Of a DNA stretch of 64,000 bases, positions 50,528 through 58,490 are shown piece after piece. Each line of letters begins with the position of its first letter. Position 1 is the stretch's first letter. A program made the position numbers and the translations under genes. The notes under the pieces are model-generated. The model ran no database searches. It worked only from the letters and a program-made list of their open reading frames with translations, and had not been told where the DNA came from. The stretch comes from a virus, in the IMG/VR virus record IMGVR_UViG_3300020176_000011, positions 1 through 64,000 of that record. One strand, 5' to 3'.

Positions 50528-51027
50528 GTGTGGCAAAAATGACACACTCAGGGCCTGTGGCAGAAATGTCACAGGCCTTTTGCTTGAACCGTTTTGGTTC
50601 AACTGAAATCCTCAAAATTTTCCCTAGTGAGTTTCGACCCTATCAAACTCCCTGGGTCCGTGACCCTAGAAAAAGTATACCCTCCTTCCTGAGCCTTAGT
50701 TTTATTGTAGGTCAGCCTTAGTATTGGTCGCCCTTCAAAGTCGCGTTTCATGTCGATTATTGTTGTCTCAATATATCCAAGGTGTATTGTCTCCCTATGT
50801 TCACTTCTTACTTTCCTCTCGCTACTTCCTCCCAGGGCCTCGCGGGGCCTGTGGGAGAGGTGCGTCCGGATTTTGGGATGCGGAACATGGTCGGCGCTGC
50901 CAAATTTGGCAGCGCCGTCCACTGCCAAATTGGCAGTGCGGACGGCACGCATGGTGCGGCCGGTACCGCTCACGTCCACTGCCAAATTGGCAGCGGGCAA
51001 GGCAACGCAAACGGAAAGGCTAATCAA

Positions 51028-51774
51028 ATGACTGCCACCACGCAGGAAGCGGGCAAGGTCAACGCGAGCAACGTGACCCTTAACCCGGTCAAGGTCTACA
51101 GCGACGAGCAAGAGGTTTCGTTCCGCGCGGCCGACGCCGCTGCCAATTTGGCAGCGAACGGCGCTCCCATCGCTTTCGTGGCGGCGCTGCTCGTCGCGGA
51201 CAATTACGCAAGCGGCGTCATCTTGGAGCCGCGCGGCAAAGACCCGGTCCGGGTCGCGCGGCTCGCCAAGGCCAAGGAAGCCTTTGGCAATGAGCGGACG
51301 CCGTTCCGGTTCTGGGCCACGGCGCTGGCCTATCGCATCAAGGCCAGCACGGACGTCGAAACGGCCGTTTCGATGGCCACGAAAGACGACAAGGGCAAGC
51401 CCATCAAGACGGTAGAGGCCCAAGTCGCCCGCGCGACCGGCCTTCTGGTCCGCATGATGGCCTCGCGCGGCTATCACACCATGCACGGCCTGTCCATCGG
51501 CCTTGGCCTGTCCAAAGACCCGGCCGACGGCAAGGGCAAGGGCAAGGGCAAGGCCGATAACTCGCCCAAGTCGGGCGAGGGGGAAGGCGCGGCGGACGGC
51601 GGCAAGGTCAAGGTCGCGGACGCGGCGGCGGACGTGCGGACGGCGCTGATCTGTGAAGCCCTCAAGGCTGGCGGTTTCTCGCCCGAACAGCACGCCCTCA
51701 TCGCGGCGGCGGTTCTGGCTGCCAAGCCGGCGGATGTGACGGCCGACGCGGAACCGGAAAAGGTCGCGGCCTAA
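51028..51774 (+). CDS. Orphan Ala/Lys-rich protein, probably first early gene
   Basis: GGAAAGG SD then ATG at 51028; good GC3 bias; GKGKGKGK low-complexity segment. Confidence 0.65.
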   Translation: MTATTQEAGKVNASNVTLNPVKVYSDEQEVSFRAADAAANLAANGAPIAFVAALLVADNYASGVILEPRGKDPVRVARLAKAKEAFGNERTPFRFWATALAYRIKASTDVETAVSMATKDDKGKPIKTVEAQVARATGLLVRMMASRGYHTMHGLSIGLGLSKDPADGKGKGKGKADNSPKSGEGEGAADGGKVKVADAAADVRTALICEALKAGGFSPEQHALIAAAVLAAKPADVTADAEPEKVAA

Positions 51775-51869
51775 CGCGGCACGGCAAGCCCACTGCCAAA
51801 TTGGCAGTGGGCTTGCCCCTCGCATAATCGCCCGGCAATCCGGCCGGACGATTATCAGAGGGAAACGCT

Positions 51870-52034
51870 ATGGACGCGATGACGGTTTTATTCGGGCTTC
51901 TGGCCCTGTCCATCCTATTCCTGCCGGTTTGCTTCTGGCTCGATAGCCGGGCGAGCCGGTCGCGGCGACAAATGCGCGCCCATCGTGCCCGCCAGCGTCG
52001 CGCGGCTGCCTTCTACCGGCGGGTCTGGTCATGA
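51870..52034 (+). CDS. Small membrane protein with basic tail (not in ORF track)
   Basis: SD GAGGG; MDAMTVLFGLLALSILFLPVCFWL... Confidence 0.5.
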   Translation: MDAMTVLFGLLALSILFLPVCFWLDSRASRSRRQMRAHRARQRRAAAFYRRVWS

Positions 52035-52189
52035 GCCGGGAAAGGCGCTTCTACAGCGACCTTTGCCGGACGTTCCTCGCCTATTGTCGCGAGGCCCGGA
52101 AAGTCGCGCCCGATGACGTGGACTTGCTCAAGGTCCATCAATCGAGGCTGGCCAAAGCCCGGTCAAACCGGAACCGGGCCACCGCCTGA
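52031..52189 (+). CDS. Small hypothetical protein (not in ORF track)
   Basis: ATGA-coupled to the previous ORF. Confidence 0.4.
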   Translation: MSRERRFYSDLCRTFLAYCREARKVAPDDVDLLKVHQSRLAKARSNRNRATA

Positions 52190-52359
52190 CCCAGGATCTG
52201 GCCCACGGGCCAGGGCCTGCGCCCGGATCGGGCGCAGGCGCGTCTATGTGTCATTTCTGCAACAGTCCCCAGGCGCAGGCCCTGGCCCAGGGACTGTTGC
52301 AGAAATGTCACATTATTGGACCCGGCCTCTCCGGGTTTCGAAACTTTTGGAGGTGAATT

Positions 52360-52872
52360 ATGGCTAGGCCCAAATTCAGGCGTGGTAAATCCCGACAGGT
52401 CCCCGCCATACCCGTCTACAAGCCCCTCCGGAGGCCCGCACAGCTGCAAGAGGACCGTCTGGCTCCTGTGGTGGCCGACGGCATCCACAGGCCTCTCAGC
52501 GAGGCCGGAATGGGCACTGGCGGCGGTGAATGGGGCTTCCATGCCGCGAACGGTCGGAGGCCCAAGCCGATCCGCCATCTGATGGCCTATGAGGATCAGG
52601 CCCGGCGTGAGCTTCAGCTGATCGAGCTGGAAGGCTGGATCAGGGATTGTCTGATCACGTCGGTCGAACCGGGCATGGGTCGCGAGCTGCCCCACGTTCG
52701 GATTTACCATCAGGGTGCCGTCGTGGGTCGTCGCCCGCGTGTGTTCCCCGAGCGGGAGGTCCGTAGGGCCAAGCCCGAGGTCGCCAAGGTGGCACCGGTC
52801 CGGAGGCAGCCCCGCGTGCTGCGGGCCATCGCCAGGGATGTGACCATGGGCGGGACCGTGTACTCGATCTGA
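52360..52872 (+). CDS. Hypothetical basic protein
   Basis: Strong SD GGAGGT. Confidence 0.55.
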   Translation: MARPKFRRGKSRQVPAIPVYKPLRRPAQLQEDRLAPVVADGIHRPLSEAGMGTGGGEWGFHAANGRRPKPIRHLMAYEDQARRELQLIELEGWIRDCLITSVEPGMGRELPHVRIYHQGAVVGRRPRVFPEREVRRAKPEVAKVAPVRRQPRVLRAIARDVTMGGTVYSI

Positions 52873-53525
52873 GTCCCATGGTAGGGCTGTGGGCGCAGGC
52901 CCTGGCCCGACCAACACAACATCTAGTGAGCGGGCCGTATAAAACTTTTCTTACTTGAACACGTAAGAAAAACAGAGGGGTATACACATTAAATGTGGGG
53001 TTATGTGGTAAAAATGTCACAGTACCCAAAAACTATTTTCTATACGTATTAAGTTAAAAAAGTTTTATACAGTCCGCGCCACCACCATTCATGGTGTGTT
53101 GCGCAAATGTCACGCCATATCTGGTGACAGCGGACCAAGCGCCTTTTGAAATTGTTGTCGCTCACGTAGCGCATCTTCCAGCACTCGGCTCGACCGAGTG
53201 CTGAAACATGCACTATAGGTGTGTCTTTCTCGATCTGGAGGTCGTCTCGAACAACTTGCTGGCCTACTGCCAAATTGGCAGTAACGCTCCAGCGACCCAC
53301 TAGGTATAGAGATAGGACAGCAACACTGACCAATTCGGGCCAGTGCCTACCGCTGGGCCAAATGGCCCTGAACCACTGCCAATTTGGCAGTAAAGCCAAG
53401 CGGCTGGCACCGGCCCACGGATACGGCCACGGCCACGAAGCTGAGACAAATGCTGGGTGTAAACGTCGCCAACACCCCGGATTTGGAACCGACCCGGCGA
53501 CAACAGCAGACGAAAGGAACCGACT

Positions 53526-53762
53526 ATGGCTCAGATCAACCGAGTGAACCTCGTGGGGATTTCCCGCACGATCCCGTGGACCAATTCCAAGGGCACGCCT
53601 CTCCCGAGGGTCGGCGGCGAGGTCATCAGCCTGTACGAGAACCTGACCGAGGAACAGGCCCTGATCCGGTGCGAAGAGCTGAACAGGGAGCATCGTTCGA
53701 CCGATTTCACGGCGACGATCATCCCCCAGGTCGAGTACCCCTCGTACTACTACACCAACTGA
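53526..53762 (+). CDS. Hypothetical protein
   Basis: SD AAAGGA. Confidence 0.6.
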   Translation: MAQINRVNLVGISRTIPWTNSKGTPLPRVGGEVISLYENLTEEQALIRCEELNREHRSTDFTATIIPQVEYPSYYYTN

Positions 53763-53908
53763 TGAGCAGGACCGACTCCAACACCGAGAGCGCAAGCTGA
53801 AGCTGCGAAACCTCCGTGTCCAAACTCAGGATGTGAAGCCTGCGTCAAAAGCAGACTACACATTCATGCGTCGCGACGAATTCTTCAACCCCGACAATTG
53901 AGGCACCC

Positions 53909-54118
53909 ATGTTGACCCTCAACCCGAAACAGCTGCGTCGTGCCCGCGACGGCGCTGCTGCCAAATTGGCAGTAGCTCAACTGGCCCTCACAAACGCTGA
54001 AAAGCGGCTGGCCATTTCCAAGTCCGCCTCGGCTCGTGAGGAATACGACGAGGCCAACCGACAGGTGATCGCCGCGACCACCGTCAAGCGGCTGATCGAA
54101 ATCGATGCGCGCTCTTAG
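53909..54118 (+). CDS. Hypothetical coiled-coil protein (contains a palindrome copy)
   Basis: SD GAGG. Confidence 0.55.
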   Translation: MLTLNPKQLRRARDGAAAKLAVAQLALTNAEKRLAISKSASAREEYDEANRQVIAATTVKRLIEIDARS

Positions 54119-54323
54119 CAGCATCGCCCTCGCCATCATCGCACCCTTCATTGGGTGGGATGCTGCCATCTACTGGCATGATCTCGTCTTCAGCTACACA
54201 GGCCATGGAGTGTATGCTGAGCTGATGACGTTCTTCGCCATCATCGCCATGCTGGCGACCTTCGTGGTCGCTCAGTGCAGGTTGTGGAAACCGGAACTGC
54301 ATCGGTTCTTAAACCCGACCTAA
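54105..54323 (+). CDS. Small two-TM membrane protein
   Basis: Two hydrophobic segments. Confidence 0.45.
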   Translation: MRALSSIALAIIAPFIGWDAAIYWHDLVFSYTGHGVYAELMTFFAIIAMLATFVVAQCRLWKPELHRFLNPT

Positions 54324-54508
54324 TTCTCTTTCCCGAGTTGTCGTAATTCCCGGTCCTGCGCCGCCCTCAAAAGCCACAGACTACTGGGTATAGTCGGCCA
54401 GCGGAAAGAGATACGCCCACACCTCGCACAACCTAGACCTCCGTGGTGCCTATCCACAGGTCACACATCATCGTGCTTGGTGTGGGCGTACTTTATTTGG
54501 AGGTAATC

Positions 54509-54694
54509 ATGTCCCATTACGAGCGTCACATTCGCCGGATGGACACTTGGCGTCTTTGTGCTGAGCATGTCTACTATGTGGACCTTGTTCGCCGTGATCG
54601 TCGTGTATTCGGCATGATGGACCATCTCAGCAGCGCACGGGCTGCAGCCTGTTGGCGTGAAATCGTTCGTCGTTCAAACGGAGGCTTGTCATGA
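54509..54694 (+). CDS. Hypothetical protein
   Basis: SD GGAGGT. Confidence 0.5.
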   Translation: MSHYERHIRRMDTWRLCAEHVYYVDLVRRDRRVFGMMDHLSSARAAACWREIVRRSNGGLS

Positions 54695-55020
54695 AGACCG
54701 ATTTGTATTTCGAGGTCCACATCACCCTCGATCCGATCATGCCCGAGTCCGAGATGGGCATTCTTCTGCGCTCGCTTACGGTCCATCACGGGTTCCGTGT
54801 GGCCAAGTTCGTGATGAACGAACAGGACAGCTTCCTGACCACGCGTGGCACCGATTACGACGATGTCGTGCGTCGGACGAAGAACATGATCGAGAGCCTT
54901 CGTCTGTTCAACTTCCCGATCCGGCGCTACAAGCTGGAGAACACGATCCTGGACACCAAGGCCACGAACACCGATCCGCTCGGGTGCCTGACGTCCAGTA
55001 TGCCCGTCGGCGGCAACTGA
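54691..55020 (+). CDS. Hypothetical protein
   Basis: Coupled ORF; YFEVHIT...RRYKLE. Confidence 0.6.
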   Translation: MKTDLYFEVHITLDPIMPESEMGILLRSLTVHHGFRVAKFVMNEQDSFLTTRGTDYDDVVRRTKNMIESLRLFNFPIRRYKLENTILDTKATNTDPLGCLTSSMPVGGN

Positions 55021-55466
55021 TGCGCCAGATCGCGGACGATCAAAGCCTGGGTCCCTTTAGTAGAGGCGAACACGCTACGATCACCGAGGTCTTCAACCAA
55101 TACAGGCTCTCCACGCGAGGTCGCAAAGCCGCGTGGAAAGTTATCAGCCTCGACTGGTATCTAGGTCGAACAGGCAGGTTCTACGCCTATCTTCGGGCGC
55201 ATGAATTCGGTTCGGCTGAGAAACCCGGCAAATATGTGTGGGTGACAATCACCTACATGAACAACAGTCGTGACTCGATTGCTCAACCCAACATGGTTGA
55301 AGCCACCAAGTATGCGATGAGCAACATCAGCTACAGCGGTGGCAAGGTGCGTCGGGTCGAAATCGAAACCGAGAAGGACAGCAAACGTGCTGTATGGGAT
55401 GCATCATGGCCAGAAGTCGTGGGTACTGGAAGCGCAAGGATAGCAGGCGAGCCCGCCGCATCCTGA
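55020..55466 (+). CDS. Hypothetical protein
   Basis: TGATG coupling. Confidence 0.5.
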   Translation: MRQIADDQSLGPFSRGEHATITEVFNQYRLSTRGRKAAWKVISLDWYLGRTGRFYAYLRAHEFGSAEKPGKYVWVTITYMNNSRDSIAQPNMVEATKYAMSNISYSGGKVRRVEIETEKDSKRAVWDASWPEVVGTGSARIAGEPAAS

Positions 55467-55798
55467 ACCGTTCGCTCGATGTCATCACCCAGATCGGTAC
55501 TGCCAAATTGGCAGTGCTGATGACGGAAAACATGTCGGGCTCGTCGCTGATCGGCAACCGTCGCGAGTTGAGCCGGATCGACAAGATGACCCAGGAAATC
55601 CTGGCGCGTGATGCCCGTCAACAGCAAGAGCTGGATGATTACTTCGATGCTCTCTACGAGCAGGAAGCTGCCCTTTACAAGGAAGAGGCAGCTCAAGAAT
55701 ACCGGCAGTACCTGAGCGAACTGCAGGACGATTATGGCGATGAGGTGTGGGACAGTCGCTATGATGAACTCGAATCCCACTATGATTGGAACTACTGA
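55406..55798 (+). CDS. Hypothetical protein, basic N-terminus and acidic Tyr-rich C-terminus (contains a palindrome copy)
   Basis: Fills the gap between neighbouring early genes. Confidence 0.5.
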   Translation: MARSRGYWKRKDSRRARRILNRSLDVITQIGTAKLAVLMTENMSGSSLIGNRRELSRIDKMTQEILARDARQQQELDDYFDALYEQEAALYKEEAAQEYRQYLSELQDDYGDEVWDSRYDELESHYDWNY

Positions 55799-55799
55799 C

Positions 55800-56237
55800 A
55801 TGACACGAGACGAACTGGTCAGGGTCCTTGAGACTACCTTGAGCATGGGTGGGCACAATATCGCCCTCCGTGCTGAGGTCGTCCGACAGATCCTGGAGGT
55901 GCTGAAGCTGCCGGTGTTTCCGGCGACGCTCACTCCCGAGCTGAATGATGTGATCAGGAGCGCTCGGGCGAACACCAACTATCGGCAGAACGAGGGGCTG
56001 CATCGGGACATCCTGAAGCACCTGATGCCCAAGCCGCTCACGATGTTCGTGTTCTACGCGACGCAGATGAACAGCTACAACCAGCCCAACGTGCCGAAAA
56101 TCTTTCGGCACAAGACCAAGGAAGGTGCCGACAAGAACCGCGACGCTGCGATCAGGTTGTCGCCGGACTGCTACATCAACGTCAGCGAGGTGATCGAAGT
56201 GCCCCGCGACGTCAACGATCCGCCGCTCGGCTCATGA
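55800..56237 (+). CDS. Paralog family member 1
   Basis: Shares P..M..(F/Y/W)YA...NVS...EVP with the next two ORFs. Confidence 0.65.
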   Translation: MTRDELVRVLETTLSMGGHNIALRAEVVRQILEVLKLPVFPATLTPELNDVIRSARANTNYRQNEGLHRDILKHLMPKPLTMFVFYATQMNSYNQPNVPKIFRHKTKEGADKNRDAAIRLSPDCYINVSEVIEVPRDVNDPPLGS

Positions 56238-56668
56238 GCAAGCTGATCGCCAATCTGGACGCCATCATCCAGAGCGCCAAGAATGATGGGCGAACGACAT
56301 CGTTCGTCACCATCGAACTGCTGGAGCAGATTCGGGTGAAGCTGCTCGATCCCACAATGCCGATGGCGATGCCTGTCGAGCTGCACGAGCATATCCACAC
56401 GGCTCGTCGCAATTCGATGACCGACCCGGCGGGTTCGAGGCTTCTGTACAGCACCATTCGTCAGGCTCTGATGCAGCCTGTGACGATGTTCATCTACTAC
56501 GCGACCCTCAAGCACTCGGGTCAGATGAAGATCTACAAATATCTCAAGAAGGAAAGTGCCGAATCGGCTGCACAGTCCTGTCGCGATGCCACCAACACAT
56601 GGTCCAACGTGAGCCCTGTGATGGAAGTCCCGTTCGAGAATTCGGACAATCACGTCAACAAGCACTGA
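56234..56668 (+). CDS. Paralog family member 2
   Basis: PVTMFIYYA...NVSPVMEVP. Confidence 0.65.
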   Translation: MSKLIANLDAIIQSAKNDGRTTSFVTIELLEQIRVKLLDPTMPMAMPVELHEHIHTARRNSMTDPAGSRLLYSTIRQALMQPVTMFIYYATLKHSGQMKIYKYLKKESAESAAQSCRDATNTWSNVSPVMEVPFENSDNHVNKH

Positions 56669-56679
56669 GGAACATCATC

Positions 56680-57132
56680 ATGGAAAAGCGTGAAATCGTC
56701 GTCGAACTCGGCCGCAAGATCAAGGATGCCGAATCCCGTGGTCGCTCCGAGCTGAGCATCTGCGTCGAAGGTGCGAAGTCCGGCCTGAAGCTGCTGTCCG
56801 AGCCGACGCTCGGCGTGCTGCCCAAGGTGCCGACGTCCGAGATGCGCCAGGTCATCCGCGAGGCGATGCAGTCCGGCACCAGCATGGACATCTACAACGC
56901 CATCTACAAGGAGCTGAACAAGCCGAAGCCGATGTGGGCGTGGTACGCCGAGGTCAATCCGACCGGCCGGACGTCGCCGACGTGGGAAGTGCGGATGTTC
57001 CGCTACGACAACAAGGGCGATGCCGAGAGCAACCGCACCGGCGCCATCGGCATCACGCACAGCTATCGCAACGTCAGCCCGCTGCTGGAAGTCCCCAGCG
57101 ACGGCAAGGAAGGCCAGAACCAGTACGCGTAG
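56680..57132 (+). CDS. Paralog family member 3
   Basis: PKPMWAWYA...NVSPLLEVP. Confidence 0.65.
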   Translation: MEKREIVVELGRKIKDAESRGRSELSICVEGAKSGLKLLSEPTLGVLPKVPTSEMRQVIREAMQSGTSMDIYNAIYKELNKPKPMWAWYAEVNPTGRTSPTWEVRMFRYDNKGDAESNRTGAIGITHSYRNVSPLLEVPSDGKEGQNQYA

Positions 57133-57159
57133 GGTTCCCATCAACCGAAGGAGATTGTC

Positions 57160-57360
57160 ATGAACCACTTCACTGCTGCGAACGAAGCGTTCGAGCGGAA
57201 GCTCAAGATCACCCGCAAGGGAGGCGACAAGAAGAAGATCGCCGAACTCATCGCGGGCCGAAACGAGTTCGTTCGCAAGTACGCGGACAGTTTGCGTCTC
57301 GCCGACAAGCGTGACGCCGCCGTGCGCATCCTCCAGCAGGACTGCCACCATGTGGCATAG
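57160..57360 (+). CDS. Hypothetical protein
   Basis: SD AAGGAG. Confidence 0.55.
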   Translation: MNHFTAANEAFERKLKITRKGGDKKKIAELIAGRNEFVRKYADSLRLADKRDAAVRILQQDCHHVA

Positions 57361-57601
57361 TGGCATGGAAGCCTTCTTCGGCTGGACCCTCGTGGTCCTG
57401 ATGTGCATCGCTGGGCTCCACTGGATCTACGAGTTCGTCTGGAAACTCTGGTCGCTCCTCGTCCAGATCTGGTTCTGGTCGGACTTCAACAAGACCCAGC
57501 AGTACGAGTTCGAGCAGTCGCTGGAGAAGCGCAACAGCTGGTTCTTCATGTGGACCGTCGTGCTGTTCGCGATGGTGTGGATCGTCAGGAACTTCATCTG
57601 A
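57350..57601 (+). CDS. Small Trp-rich membrane protein
   Basis: Two hydrophobic helices. Confidence 0.55.
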   Translation: MWHSGMEAFFGWTLVVLMCIAGLHWIYEFVWKLWSLLVQIWFWSDFNKTQQYEFEQSLEKRNSWFFMWTVVLFAMVWIVRNFI

Positions 57602-57668
57602 CGCTTCGTTAGACCACAGGGCTACTGCCAAATTGGCAGTAGCCCTGACCTGTAACGAGGAGATCAAC

Positions 57669-58238
57669 ATGAACATGAATATGGACGAGCTGATCGCAAA
57701 CAGCTTCATGGATTTCCATCAGAAGGATTTCCATTATCTCTGCGTGCGTCGGTCGCCGACGATGACAGAGAAGTTCTACTTCTTCGACGGCGACGTGAGT
57801 AAGCTGCCCGAGGTGGTGGCTCCCCACGATCATCGCTACCAGTTTCTGACCAAAGCCGTGCGCGGCACGGTCGAGAACCGGGTCTACAGCCGCGACTATC
57901 TGCCCTATGCGGAGTGCGCGACGTTCCAGCGGTTCTCGTATATGACTCCGCTCAACGGCGGCAACGGTTTCACTTGGGCTGCCGAAGAGAAGCTCTACCT
58001 GCAGAGCAGCGAAAGGTATTGGAATAGGTCGTACTGGATGGCGGCCGACGACATTCACACGATCCAGATCATCGAACCGGGCACCATCCTCAAGCTGTAT
58101 CAGTTCGAGGACGTTGTGCCGATCAACAAACCTACCAGCACCTGGATGCTGGACCGCGAACCGCCGAACCTGTCGGGCCTGTACCGCAAGCCCACGCCCG
58201 ACGAGATCAATGGCTTGCTCAAGAGATTGGAGACGTGA
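57669..58238 (+). CDS. Cupin-like protein
   Basis: PHDHRYQF...RG..EN and IHTI metal-binding cupin pattern; SD GAGGAG. Confidence 0.55.
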   Translation: MNMNMDELIANSFMDFHQKDFHYLCVRRSPTMTEKFYFFDGDVSKLPEVVAPHDHRYQFLTKAVRGTVENRVYSRDYLPYAECATFQRFSYMTPLNGGNGFTWAAEEKLYLQSSERYWNRSYWMAADDIHTIQIIEPGTILKLYQFEDVVPINKPTSTWMLDREPPNLSGLYRKPTPDEINGLLKRLET

Positions 58239-58239
58239 C

Positions 58240-58488
58240 ATGGACCTCAATCACACCGACATCACCGGCAAGACCGGTCAGGAGTTCGTCTGCCTCATCG
58301 GCAAGACCTACCGTCACAATGCCCGCTCGAAATACTACAAGATCGTGGGCGTGGTGTATCTCGGCGAGATGGACCTGTGGGGCCTGAGCTATCGCGAGAA
58401 CAACAGCGAGGTCATGCACGTTCGCAGCCACGTCAACTTCTTCGGCACGCAGGCTGGCAGCGAAGACCTGCGCTTCGAACAGGTTTGA
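58240..58488 (+). CDS. DUF1653-like protein
   Basis: YRH...Y.IVG...E...Y...VR...FF...RF. Confidence 0.5.
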   Translation: MDLNHTDITGKTGQEFVCLIGKTYRHNARSKYYKIVGVVYLGEMDLWGLSYRENNSEVMHVRSHVNFFGTQAGSEDLRFEQV

Positions 58489-58490
58489 GT

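Larger units (their letters stand above)
50529..53114. promoter_or_regulatory. Dispersed 18-bp imperfect palindrome family TGTKGCA-N4-TGWCACA (6 copies)
   Basis: 50529, 50556, 52247 (reverse), 52295, 53004, 53097. Confidence 0.7.

Noticed and set aside
50892-51001. CRISPR mini-array
   Set aside because: Repeat spacing is irregular (25 and 57 nt), the remaining copies are dispersed over 10 kb, and there are no cas genes. Kept only as a repeat-mimic hypothesis.
50782-51027. N-terminal extension of the 330-aa ORF with repeated HCQIGS peptides
   Set aside because: The peptide repeats are just translations of the DNA palindromes; the SD supports a start at 51028.
53324-53368. Degenerate palindrome-like sequences CACTGACCAATTCGGGCCAGTG and GGGCCAAATGGCCC between two true copies
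   Set aside because: Too divergent to count as copies of the 15-bp motif; may be decayed versions.
53728-53813. Hammerhead ribozyme-like core: CUGAUGA (53759), GCAG/CUGC stem II, GAAA, AGGU/ACCU stem III with GUC
   Set aside because: No stem I pairing adjacent to the core in either type I or type III topology; TGATG is also an ordinary stop/start junction. An Infernal search would settle it.
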